Below are positions 25,065 to 37,559 of a stretch of 64,000 nt of DNA, piece after piece (the first letter of the stretch is position 1; the number at the start of each line of letters is the position of its first letter). Position numbers and translations under genes: made by a program. This DNA is from Eledone cirrhosa. Its lineage: Eukaryota. The stretch lies in contig OZ024763.1 in NCBI GenBank assembly GCA_964016885.1, positions 20,336,001 to 20,400,000 on the forward strand, in the 5' to 3' direction. The notes under the pieces are model-generated. The model saw only the letters and a list, made by a program, of their open reading frames with translations, did no database searches and was not told the DNA's origin.

Positions 25065-25380
25065 TTCTTAGCTCTTGGGCCCGGGGAAGTACCGGTTGGT
25101 CCACCCTCTCAGCTCTTGGGCTCCAGAACAAGGTATACCGGTTGAACCCTCCTCTCAACTAATGGGCCCCGAAACAAAATACCGATTGAACCCCACTCTG
25201 AGCTCTTGGGCCCCGGAACAAAATACCGATTGAACCCCACTCTGAGCTCTTGGGCCCCGGAACAAAATACCGATTGAACCCCCACTCTGAGCTCTTGGGC
25301 CCTGGAACAAAATACCAGTTGAACCCACTCTCAGCTTTTGGGCCCCGAAACAAAAAAACCGGTTGGACCCCTCCTCTCAA
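25065..25380. repeat. About 44-bp tandem repeat (GAGCTCTTGGGCCCCGGAACAAAATACCGATTGAACCCCACTCT)n, probably inside a DNA MITE
   Basis: About 6 units read directly. Confidence 0.8.
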
Positions 25381-25439
25381 AAAGATATACCTTCAAAGAA
25401 GATATACCTTCATTGTGCATGTAAACAACCTAGAACTGT

Positions 25440-26000
25440 AATGTGTTGATATAAACACAATCATTTCTCCCCGGATCGCGAGAGCTCAAGTTTCGTGCCA
25501 TCGTGCAATCGTCAGCGAGGCGGAAATAATTTAGTGTGCTGGCAAATCTATAATGCTGGACAAGGAGGTTTTAAGTTACGAAATCATGAGTGTATCTAAT
25601 TGAAATTAACATTGAAATTGCATTCACCTCATTCTACTTGAAACATTAAAGTACTTTACTGGGGTCGCAGGTGTAATTTATATCATATCATTTGATAATA
25701 TATCCTCTCTATATACATTCTATTTTGTCACTCAGATACAGAATGATCGATATTGAACTGTATAATGTTCGTAAACCATTATTGAATGGATAGTGATCTG
25801 GTGTAGATTGAAGATATAGGTTTAATATGTATGTTAAAATGCATATATACAAGGAAAAAATAGTTGATATAAACGAAAACATCTTTGTTGGACTGAGAGA
25901 TCTCGGGTTTCGTGGAAGTTTGCACTCGTCAGCGATGCGGTTATAATTTACTAGGCTGGCTAACAGATTTCAACGAAATTTGAGATCTCGCCATCGGAAA
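25440..26000 (-). mobile_element. Two degenerate hammerhead-like direct repeats about 417 bp apart
   Basis: Minus strand CUGACGA UUGC acgaug GCAC GAAA CUUGAG (about 25477-25517) and CUGACGA GUG caaacuuc CAC GAAA CCCGAG (about 25895-25934), with shared flanks. Confidence 0.5.
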
Positions 26001-26279
26001 AGATGTGTATATAAAAACGGTTTATGTATAAACGTATGTATAGATGTATGTTCGTACATGTACCACATAAGTAGATTGAATGCATGTATCTTGTAGATGT
26101 GTGTGTATATATATAAATATATGGGTGTGTATCTGCGTGTGTATATATATAGTCTTTAATGCGTCGAAATACCAACGATAAATCAGCAGACTACTGAAGA
26201 GGACATTTTAACCCTTGTCTATTTTTATTTATATCTATATATATATATATATATGTGCATATGTATCTATATTGATACG

Positions 26280-26312
<33 letters not shown>

Positions 26313-26412
26313 GTAAATATATATATATATATAAAAGAGTTTGTTTTATATACATATATATATATACATGGGTGTATATGTGCATATGTATCTATATGAA
26401 GACGTACATACA

Positions 26413-26481
<69 letters not shown>

Positions 26482-26898
26482 ATGTGTAAATATGTTTAAA
26501 TATATATATATTATATATATATATATATATACGTATGTGTGTACAGATACACAAACCATTTAATATATGACAGCATGTTGAGTATTTTAACATGAGCAGC
26601 AGATTGATCTAATATGTTTATTTGTTTGGTGCTGGAGGGATTGGTTAAATAATTGGATGGCGGAAGGATTGGGTGGTGAAGCAGTGGTTGTAGTGGGAGA
26701 GCTGATGGGGTGGTTAGATGGATTGGGGAATAGCTGGTTGACTGGTTGGTAGCTGGCTCGGTTGGTTTGTTGGTAAGATGGCGGAATAGAGAGAGATAGG
26801 GAGAGTGGAAAAGGAGAGAGAGAGACAGAGAGGGGTAGATACTATCTTACAAGAATATATAGAGAGAGAGTGAGAGGTAGATAGACATAGAGAGACAG

Positions 26899-26992
<94 letters not shown>

Positions 26993-27063
26993 TAGCTTAC
27001 AAGACAGAATATATAGACAGCGAGAGGGGCGAGAGAGAAAGAAAGATGTTAGTTTACAAGACA

Positions 27064-27112
<49 letters not shown>

Positions 27113-27523
27113 CACTGAGAGATAGAGAGAGGGGGGGTAGCTATTGACTACCTTACAAGACAGTACTTAGAAATAAACTCATCTACGCCATGTCAGCTTA
27201 TCAGCAAAATCCGGAGCTAAACGTTGACTTTTCTTTCTTTTTTTTTATCTTTTTCTTATCCTTTTTCTTATCTTTTTTCTTATCCTTTTTCTTATCTTTT
27301 TTCTTATCCTTTTTCTTTTTTCTTATCCTTTCTCTTTAATCTGCCGCTGGTATATTTATTTGTTTATCTATTTTCTTTAAACATTAATTACACGCAGAAT
27401 ACATACACTTATGTATGTATGTATATACGTGCGTGTATATATATGTGTGTGCATGTATATATACATATACACATATATACACATATATTTGTATGTATAT
27501 GTGTGTGTGTGTATATATATATA

Positions 27524-27843
27524 GAAATAGCTTCTACGGGACTATGAAATCATCGAATGAAACAGTTCTAGTTCTGTAGAAGCCAAGTCGATTAAATCGA
27601 CCCCAGTGCGTGACTGGTACTTTATTTTATCGATCCCGTAAGGATGAAAAGCAAAGTTAACCATGGCGGGATTTGAACTCAGAACGTAAAGGACCGTAAC
27701 TCTATGCTGCAAAGTATGGTGTCCGACACTACCGATACTGCCAATCCACCGCCCTTTCTATATTAAATAATCATATTTACACTCTACCAATGTATTGAGT
27801 ACATTTTTAACTGTGGTTACCCCTGATTTCACTCGGGATCTAC
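27524..27843 (+). mobile_element. Family A fold-back insert split by a minus-strand SINE (27586-27753)
   Basis: ...ctgtagaagcca [SINE] tttctatattaaat...ctgtggttacccctgatttcactcggg is colinear with family A once the SINE is removed. Confidence 0.75.
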
Positions 27844-27846
27844 ATA

Positions 27847-27876
<30 letters not shown>

Positions 27877-27878
<2 letters not shown>

Positions 27879-28066
27879 GCTGAATAATGAGTCTTGTTAC
27901 TCTGGAGTTTCGCCTGTTTGTCACAGAGTTATGAGATCTGATGAACCTGTCATAAACAGGCGAAACTCCTCCACAGTAAAAAGACTGACTATTCAGTCGT
28001 TTTAAAATCAATATTAAAACTCTACGTCGGTATTGAATACTCCTGTCTGTTAGCCGTCAATCAACT

Positions 28067-28070
<4 letters not shown>
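27877..28070 (+). mobile_element. Imperfect fold-back insert, family I, hammerhead core at 27938-27978
   Basis: CUGAUGA A CCUGU cauaa ACAGG C GAAA CU ccuccac AG UA; inverted arm gctgaata...ggagtttcgcctgttt; (TA)n flanks. Confidence 0.65.
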
Positions 28071-28163
<93 letters not shown>

Positions 28164-28435
28164 CATGTATGTATATATATATACTGTACGTCTGTATACA
28201 TATATGTATGTACGTATACATACTTACATTTAAGTATCAGCCGTACTAAGAGTGAGAAATGAAATTTCGTTTCATTCTTTTCCATTTATCGTTTTTGGTG
28301 CGCCCGGCCGGCTAACTCACTCGATATGCAAATTAGGCTGCTCAGCCGTTAATATGCATTTCGGGCTGTTTGTTTGTTTACAAACAAATCGAACATTATA
28401 ATAAATGTTCGGTAAATCCATACGTACATATATAT

Positions 28436-28620
28436 ATGTTACGTCGGTTCGATTCACGGAGGTTTAAATCTTATGAATTTAGTGTCGATCCTGTGTCTGC
28501 AGAAGATAGATCTTTATAACTTTACTTAACAACAAGTTAGAAAGATCTATCTTCTGCAGACACAGGATCGCCACTAAATTCATAAGATTTAAACCTCCGT
28601 GAATCGAACCGACGTAACAT
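28436..28620. repeat. Palindrome with about 80-bp arms (family K), followed by unique tail
   Basis: atgttacgtcggttcgattcacggagg...gaagatagatcttt / aaagatctatcttc...gaatcgaaccgacgtaacat. Confidence 0.9.
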
Positions 28621-29505
28621 AGCTTTCAACTAGGATACCCACTACACTGCACGAACCACCACAGAAATATAATCATTAAGTACATTCTAGCCTTCTTAGT
28701 TCTATACCACACTAATGTCTGTAAGTACCTCATCAACCCATAAACTTATCTCTTCTCAGCTGCTGTCAGCACTTGATCCTAAATCCAAGAACATTTCAAA
28801 ATACTACTACAACAGAACTTTACCTTCCTCTTGCTATAATTATAGTCAGCATGTTTTCTCTTTATATGTATGTATGTATGTGTATGTGTATATATATATA
28901 TGTTTGTGTGCATATATATATATATATATATGTGCCTCCTTAACCTCTGTATTAACTTGCCCATTATTTTGCTACTTTGTTAGTGTTGTTTTATACATGT
29001 ATGTTATTGATGATGAGAAAGCTAGACAGCCCTCTCATCTAATATAGACCACACAAATTTCACTACAGTGATAAACCCTTCATCTGTCAGACAATAACCG
29101 ACTCTTACGGCCACCTGACCTACATTGTTTAAAAACACCAACTTATCTTTACACTAGATATAATACACCCTACGACAGTTTTTACATGTCAATTTTATAC
29201 ATCTGCCTCATGTCAGCTAGTTTTACACGCTAAAATCGTAGATATACTATACTTCCCACCTAGATTGATGTTGTGATTATTTCAAATAATTTATTGCTAG
29301 CATTGTTGTTATTGTTCTGACTGAATGCCAGTATATTCTTTTCATTCTCGCAAGCTCCGATGAACTGACTGGTTATAACTTTGTATTGGCGTTCGAGTAA
29401 CGTGAAAATAAGCGGATACCGATCACCTACCAGTTCAGAGAAACAATTGTCAGCAATGAGGATTAAAAACCTTTTTTGTATAGCAAACCGTGTCACTCTT
29501 CTTTC

Positions 29506-29545
<40 letters not shown>

Positions 29546-29976
29546 TAATCGTTCCTTAATTTTAAAGTACGTATTCTTAGATTAGGTAGAAAGACACGAT
29601 CTTATAAATACATAAATTAAAGAAGTATGTCGACTGTTTTAGAGGAGAAAACCCACGATGTTTCGTGTTAATGTCACAAAAAGAACTAACAGCTATTCAG
29701 TCTTTTAGCTGTTAGTTTCCTAATCGTGACTCCATTTGACATGAACACACGATTTTTGTAAACAGTTTTTTTGAGGTTTTTAATTCTTTCAGCTTTTTAC
29801 TGTTGCTTCTTTTGTTTGGAGGGCAAACATATTTGATAACAACATTACAGCTATTTTAGCATTGTCTGTGTGTGTGTGTGTGTGTGTATATGTATATATA
29901 TATATATATTCGTATATGTGTATATGCATGTGTATATATGTATGTATGTATATATATATGTGTGTATATGTATATA

Positions 29977-30007
<31 letters not shown>

Positions 30008-30176
30008 GTGTGTGTATGTATATATATATGTGTGTGTATATATATGTGTGTGTGTGTGTGTGTATGTATGTGTGTGTATGAATATATATATGCGTATGTA
30101 TATATAGATGTGTGTATGCGTATGAATGTATGTTCTTCAGGTTTTATAATTTTATGAATTTTTACCAATAGAGAGT

Positions 30177-30291
30177 TGGTATCTAACATTGGTAGATATG
30201 TCTGCATGTCTTACAAATGGTATCTAACATTGGTAGATATGTCTGCATGTCTTACAAATGGTATCTAACATTGGTAGATATGTCTGCATGT
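30177..30291. repeat. 41-bp tandem repeat x3
   Basis: TGGTATCTAACATTGGTAGATATGTCTGCATGTCTTACAAA. Confidence 0.9.
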
Positions 30292-31224
30292 GAGCCTCTG
30301 TGTGCAGGTATGTACATCTGTACATACAGTTATTAGATGCAGAATTTGGGGAATGTTTTACATATTTTTACTGTTCCATTAATGGGTTGTACTTGTAATT
30401 TCCTAACTTTCTGGTTCTCTATGGGAGATTCTATAGTGTTGTGAGGGCGATGACTGACCTCTCTTTTAACCATGCACCATACATAATAGTCCAGAGTGGG
30501 GGGGGGAGAAAGCTGATTAAATCAACCCTCTTACTGGTGCTTGATTTGAGGGGGAATTGATTAAATCGCCCCAGTGTGTTACTGGTACTTTATTTTATCG
30601 ACCTCGGCGGGATTTGAATTCAGAACGTAAAGAGTTGGTAGAAGTACCGAAAAGCATTTTTTCCTTTCTTTCATTTTTTTCCTTTCTTTCATTCTTTTTC
30701 TTTCATTCTTTTTCTTTCTCTCTTTTTCTTTCTCTCTTTTTCTTTCTATCTTTTCGAGGGTTTTATCTAATATGTGTTTGACGAGAAATGAGGAAGAACG
30801 GGCGATGTGGAAAGAAGAAGGAAAGGAATTCAAGAAAGAAGAAAAAGAAAGTGTCTGGCAATTAAAGGTGAGTACAGGAAGACGTAAATATAAGCTGTTT
30901 AGTGTAGAACTTTCACTGCCCAGTCAACCCTTCCTATCACCACCTACATACCTTAACAGTCTCTACACTGCCACACGCCACCCTCTAATATTCACAACCT
31001 AGCCACCTCCACCCACTAACATTCACAACCAACCCTCACCCCACCCCCTAACACTCACAAACTAGCCACTTCCACAACCCAGCCACCTTCACCCACTAAC
31101 ACTCACTATCAGCCACCTTCACCCCTAAAATTCACTACCCCCACCCACCCCTAACACCCACTACCCATCCTAAACTAGAATGAGACAAGGCGAGAGATTA
31201 GTTAAGAAAATTTGTTTAAATGGA

Positions 31225-32050
31225 ATGTTGTTGTTGTTATATTATTATGGTGTTATGTTGATGTTGTTGTTGTTATATTGTTATGTTGTTGTTGTTATAT
31301 TGTTATGTTGATGTTGTTGTTATATTGTTATGGTGTTATGTTGATGTTGTTGTTGTTATATTGTTATGGTGTTATGTTGATGTTGTTGTTATATTGTTAT
31401 GGTGTTATGTTGATGTTATATTGTTATGGTGTTATGTTGATGTTGTTGTTGTTGTTGTTATATTGTTATGGTGTTGTGTTGATGTTATATTGTTATGGTG
31501 TTATGTTGATATTGTTGTTGTTATATTGTTATGGTGTTATGTTGATGTTGTTGTTATATTTATTATGGTGTTATGTTGATATTGTTGTTGTTGTTATATT
31601 GTTATGGTGTTATGTTGATGTTATATTTATTATGGTGTTATGTTGATATTGTTGTTGTTGTTGTTATATTGTTATGGTGTTATGTTGATGTTGTTGTTGT
31701 TATATTGTTATGGTGTTATGTTGATATTGTTGTTGTTGTTATGTTGATGTTGTTGTTGTTATATTGTTATGGTGTTATGTTGATGTTGTTGTTATAGTGT
31801 TATGGTGTTATGTTGATATTGTTGTTGTTATATTGTTATGTTGTTGTTATATTGTTATGTTGATGTTGTTGTTATATTGTTATGGTGTTATGTTGATGTT
31901 GTTATATTGTTATGGTGTTATGTTGATGTTGTTATAATGTTTTTGATGTTATATTGTTATGGTGTTATGTTGATGTTGTTGTTATAATGTTGTTGTTATT
32001 ATATTGTTATGGTGTTATGTTCATGTTGTTGTTATAATGTTGCTGTTGTT
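31225..32050. repeat. (TGT)n-derived minisatellite (GTTATATTGTTATGGTGTTATGTTGATGTT)n
   Basis: Direct reading. Confidence 0.9.
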
Positions 32051-32227
32051 ATATCCATATAGTAATATTGAAATTTAATCTAGGTTATTTTTTTGCTATT
32101 TTATTTTGTTATTGCTTTGTATGTGTGAGTCTGTATATATATATATATGTGTTTATCTGTCTGTGTATATATATATATATATGTGTGTTTCTGTGTCTGT
32201 ATATATATGTGTGTGTCTGTGTATGTA

Positions 32228-32525
32228 TGTGTACTTATGTATATATATGTAGGTATATATGTTATGCATCTATGTTTCTATGTTTATATATATATATATA
32301 TGTGTGTGTGTGTGAGCTGCTGCTGCTACTGTTGTTGTTGTTTAATTAATTGTGTACTTATGTATATATATGTAGGTATATATGTTATGCATCTGTGTTT
32401 CTATGTTTATATATATATATATGTGTGTGTGTGTGAGCTGCTGCTGCTACTGTTGTTGTTTAATTAATTGTGTACTTATGTATATATATGTAGGTATATA
32501 TGTTATGCATCTGTGTTTCTATGTT

Positions 32526-32557
<32 letters not shown>

Positions 32558-32650
32558 AGCTGCTGCTGCTACTGTTGTTGTTGTTTAATTAATTGTGTAC
32601 TTATGTATATATATGTAGGTATATATGTTATGCATCTGTGTTTCTATGTT

Positions 32651-32686
<36 letters not shown>

Positions 32687-32779
32687 AGCTGCTGCTGCTA
32701 CTGTTGTTGTTGTTTAATTAATTGTGTACTTATGTATATATATGTAGGTATATATGTTATGCATCTATGTTTCTATGTT

Positions 32780-32811
<32 letters not shown>

Positions 32812-32904
32812 AGCTGCTGCTGCTACTGTTGTTGTTGTTTAATTAATTGTGTACTTATGTATATATATGTAGGTATATATGTTATGCATCTGTGTTTCTA
32901 TGTT

Positions 32905-32938
<34 letters not shown>

Positions 32939-33031
32939 AGCTGCTGCTGCTACTGTTGTTGTTGTTTAATTAATTGTGTACTTATGTATATATATGTAGG
33001 TATATATGTTATGCATCTGTGTTTCTATGTT

Positions 33032-33065
<34 letters not shown>

Positions 33066-33158
33066 AGCTGCTGCTGCTACTGTTGTTGTTGTTTAATTAA
33101 TTGTGTACTTATGTATATATATGTAGGTATATATGTTATGCATCTGTGTTTCTATGTT

Positions 33159-33192
<34 letters not shown>

Positions 33193-33409
33193 AGCTGCTG
33201 CTGCTACTGTTGTTGTTGTTTAATTAATTGTGTACTTATGTATATATATGTAGGTATATATGTTATGCATCTGTGTTTCTATGTTTATATATATATATAT
33301 ATGTGTGTGTGTGTGAGCTGCTGCTGCTACTGTTGTTGTTGTTTAATTAATTGTGTACTTATGTATATATATGTAGGTATATATGTTATGCATCTGTGTT
33401 TCTATGTTT

Positions 33410-33443
<34 letters not shown>

Positions 33444-33536
33444 AGCTGCTGCTGCTACTGTTGTTGTTGTTTAATTAATTGTGTACTTATGTATATATAT
33501 GTAGGTATATATGTTATGCATCTGTGTTTCTATGTT

Positions 33537-33568
<32 letters not shown>

Positions 33569-33661
33569 AGCTGCTGCTGCTACTGTTGTTGTTGTTTAAT
33601 TAATTGTGTACTTATGTATATATATGTAGGTATATATGTTATGCATCTATGTTTCTATGTT

Positions 33662-33693
<32 letters not shown>

Positions 33694-33786
33694 AGCTGCT
33701 GCTGCTACTGTTGTTGTTGTTTAATTAATTGTGTACTTATGTATATATATGTAGGTATATATGTTATGCATCTGTGTTTCTATGTT

Positions 33787-33820
<34 letters not shown>

Positions 33821-33913
33821 AGCTGCTGCTGCTACTGTTGTTGTTGTTTAATTAATTGTGTACTTATGTATATATATGTAGGTATATATGTTATGCATCT
33901 GTGTTTCTATGTT

Positions 33914-33949
<36 letters not shown>

Positions 33950-34042
33950 AGCTGCTGCTGCTACTGTTGTTGTTGTTTAATTAATTGTGTACTTATGTAT
34001 ATATATGTAGGTATATATGTTATGCATCTGTGTTTCTATGTT

Positions 34043-34076
<34 letters not shown>

Positions 34077-34169
34077 AGCTGCTGCTGCTACTGTTGTTGT
34101 TGTTTAATTAATTGTGTACTTATGTATATATATGTAGGTATATATGTTATGCATCTGTGTTTCTATGTT

Positions 34170-34203
<34 letters not shown>

Positions 34204-34296
34204 AGCTGCTGCTGCTACTGTTGTTGTTGTTTAATTAATTGTGTACTTATGTATATATATGTAGGTATATATGTTATGCATCTGTGTTTCTATGTT

Positions 34297-34330
<34 letters not shown>

Positions 34331-34423
34331 AGCTGCTGCTGCTACTGTTGTTGTTGTTTAATTAATTGTGTACTTATGTATATATATGTAGGTATATATG
34401 TTATGCATCTGTGTTTCTATGTT

Positions 34424-34457
<34 letters not shown>

Positions 34458-34550
34458 AGCTGCTGCTGCTACTGTTGTTGTTGTTTAATTAATTGTGTAC
34501 TTATGTATATATATGTAGGTATATATGTTATGCATCTGTGTTTCTATGTT

Positions 34551-34584
<34 letters not shown>

Positions 34585-34677
34585 AGCTGCTGCTGCTACT
34601 GTTGTTGTTGTTTAATTAATTGTGTACTTATGTATATATATGTAGGTATATATGTTATGCATCTGTGTTTCTATGTT

Positions 34678-34709
<32 letters not shown>

Positions 34710-34802
34710 AGCTGCTGCTGCTACTGTTGTTGTTGTTTAATTAATTGTGTACTTATGTATATATATGTAGGTATATATGTTATGCATCTGTGTTTCTATG
34801 TT

Positions 34803-34836
<34 letters not shown>

Positions 34837-34929
34837 AGCTGCTGCTGCTACTGTTGTTGTTGTTTAATTAATTGTGTACTTATGTATATATATGTAGGTA
34901 TATATGTTATGCATCTGTGTTTCTATGTT

Positions 34930-34965
<36 letters not shown>

Positions 34966-35058
34966 AGCTGCTGCTGCTACTGTTGTTGTTGTTTAATTAA
35001 TTGTGTACTTATGTATATATATGTAGGTATATATGTTATGCATCTATGTTTCTATGTT

Positions 35059-35094
<36 letters not shown>

Positions 35095-35187
35095 AGCTGC
35101 TGCTGCTACTGTTGTTGTTGTTTAATTAATTGTGTACTTATGTATATATATGTAGGTATATATGTTATGCATCTGTGTTTCTATGTT

Positions 35188-35221
<34 letters not shown>

Positions 35222-35314
35222 AGCTGCTGCTGCTACTGTTGTTGTTGTTTAATTAATTGTGTACTTATGTATATATATGTAGGTATATATGTTATGCATC
35301 TGTGTTTCTATGTT

Positions 35315-35346
<32 letters not shown>

Positions 35347-35439
35347 AGCTGCTGCTGCTACTGTTGTTGTTGTTTAATTAATTGTGTACTTATGTATATA
35401 TATGTAGGTATATATGTTATGCATCTGTGTTTCTATGTT

Positions 35440-35471
<32 letters not shown>

Positions 35472-35502
35472 AGCTGCTGCTGCTACTGTTGTTGTTTAAT
35501 TA
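32228..35502. repeat. About 125-129-bp satellite, about 26 units, built from TA/TG/GCT/TGT microsatellites
   Basis: Unit tgtgtacttatgtatatatatgtaggtatatatgttatgcatctgtgtttctatgttt(at)n(gt)ngagctgctgctgctactgttgttgttgtttaattaat. Confidence 0.95.
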
Positions 35503-35895
35503 AAATAAAGTAAATAAAGCAAGAGAGAATTAGATATATAATTAAGTCTGTTTAAGTTGATGAAGTTTGTAGAATCACTTAATTAGAAGTGTGGAAATGA
35601 TGTGAGCTGTGAAATATAATGAAACTTTGAATGTGATGGGGGAGGAGAGGTGGTGGTGGTGGAGGAGATGAGAGATAAGACAGAAGATGAGAGCAGAGGG
35701 GCAAGAAGAGAGGACAGAGGGAGATGAGATGGAAGGGAGGGAGAGAGGAGAGAGAGAGAGAGGAGGAATGCAAGGTGATATAAGTCAGACAGAATTTTAG
35801 TTGGAAAATGAAAAGATATTTGTGTGTGTTAGTGTGATAGCGTGTGTGGGTGGGGGGATATATATATGTCTGGAGTGTGTATGTGTATGCATTTA

Positions 35896-35928
<33 letters not shown>

Positions 35929-36016
35929 GCAAAAAGGAAACATAAATAACAAAACAAACAACACAGTACAATGAAGAAATATATTAGTTTTATGCTTGAT
36001 ATTGTATATATATATG

Positions 36017-36160
36017 TATTTAATATAGAAATGGCATCTACAGCACTAGAACTGTTTCATTCAGGAGAAATCATGTATTGAGTACCTTACTTACTGTGGT
36101 TACACCTGATTGAACCCAGGATAAACATATATATATAAAATTGTGTATGTATCTCTCTCT

Positions 36161-36191
<31 letters not shown>

Positions 36192-36410
36192 AATGGCTTC
36201 TACAGGACTAGAACTGTTTCATTTGAAGTCATCAGGAAAGCTGACTGTCATATCACCATATCACAATGACAGTTGGCTTCCTGATGATTTCCTTCAAATG
36301 AAACATTTCTACTCCTGTAGAAGCCATTTCTATATTAAACATTTATACTCTGCTATGTATTGAGTACCTTATTTACTGTGGTTGCCCCCGAGCAAATCCG
36401 GTATAAACAT
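36017..36410 (+). mobile_element. Two further family A fold-back inserts (36017-36126; 36191-36410 with hammerhead at 36275-36325)
   Basis: GGCUUC CUGAUGA UUUCCUUCAAAU GAAA CAU uucuacuc CUG UA GAAGCC: stem I covaries relative to the 8305 copy. Confidence 0.75.
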
Positions 36411-37078
36411 ATGTATGTACACATGGAAAATCGCTAATTTTTCTAGGCTGGCCTGTTGATTTTTTAAAAACTAGAATTAGTCGTTTAGTTTACATATTGA
36501 GACCCCAACCCATCTTATTTATTTTATAACTTATGGGATTTCTTGTCATGTGTAATGTTCTTTTTAATGTCTAAAGAAAATTAATTGTTGCAGAAATGCT
36601 ACCACTTAAAATAAAATGTCACCTGAGATAGATTAGCAAAATTTAATAAACAGTGGGGGGGTTGGGTGTAAAAAAATCTGTAAGATTAATAAAGGCATCC
36701 GATTTTGTTGTCCAGCCTACATGCATACTCTTGTGTGTGTTGAGCTGGTACTTATCCCACTTCAAGGCAGGATCTAGTACAGATCGAACCTGACTCTGCA
36801 GATGCAAGTTCCTCAGATATGTTTTGCATTTTCAAAGCATTACCATACAACAACTATATATATATATATAAATAATATTATAATTGAATATAAAAGAAAA
36901 ATGAACACAGATATATATACCTTAGCGAATGTGGTCCCTTGTGATTTGAACACATATATGTATATATCTGTGCTCATTTTTCTTTTATATTCAATTATAA
37001 TATACGGCTCGGAAAAATCTCTTTCCTAGAGCTATTTTATTGTAAGAGACTATTTTGAGTTTCTAACTCAATATATAC

Positions 37079-37111
<33 letters not shown>

Positions 37112-37119
<8 letters not shown>

Positions 37120-37520
37120 AGATCAAAAGATGGTTAAAAGAGTTCCATGTATTTTATTATGCGCATTTCAAAAACAAACATCATCATGCAATAATATTTG
37201 TGTTTTCATCAGATAAAACAGGAGAACATGATATGAAGGCTAAAAAACACTTGTTGATAGTGCAGTTTTAAATCAACATATCTATCCACTATCCACAAGT
37301 GTTTTTTAGCCTTCATATCATGTTCTCCTGTTTTATCTGATGAAAACACAAATATTATTGCATGATGATGTTTGTTTTTGAAATGCGCATAATAAAATAC
37401 ATGGAACTCCTTTAACCATCTTTTGATCTTATATTATGCATACTCCAGTCCTACAAACTGTAGAGTGCTTCTTATCCGATATCTGCATTGCTTTATTGTA
37501 CTACAATAAAACTCACCTCC

Positions 37521-37522
<2 letters not shown>
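37112..37522 (+). mobile_element. Family E copy with hammerheads at 37152-37218 (-) and 37331-37397 (+)
   Basis: Near-identical to 22547-22970 in opposite orientation, with a different fold-back junction. Confidence 0.85.
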
Positions 37523-37558
<36 letters not shown>

Positions 37559-37559
<1 letters not shown>

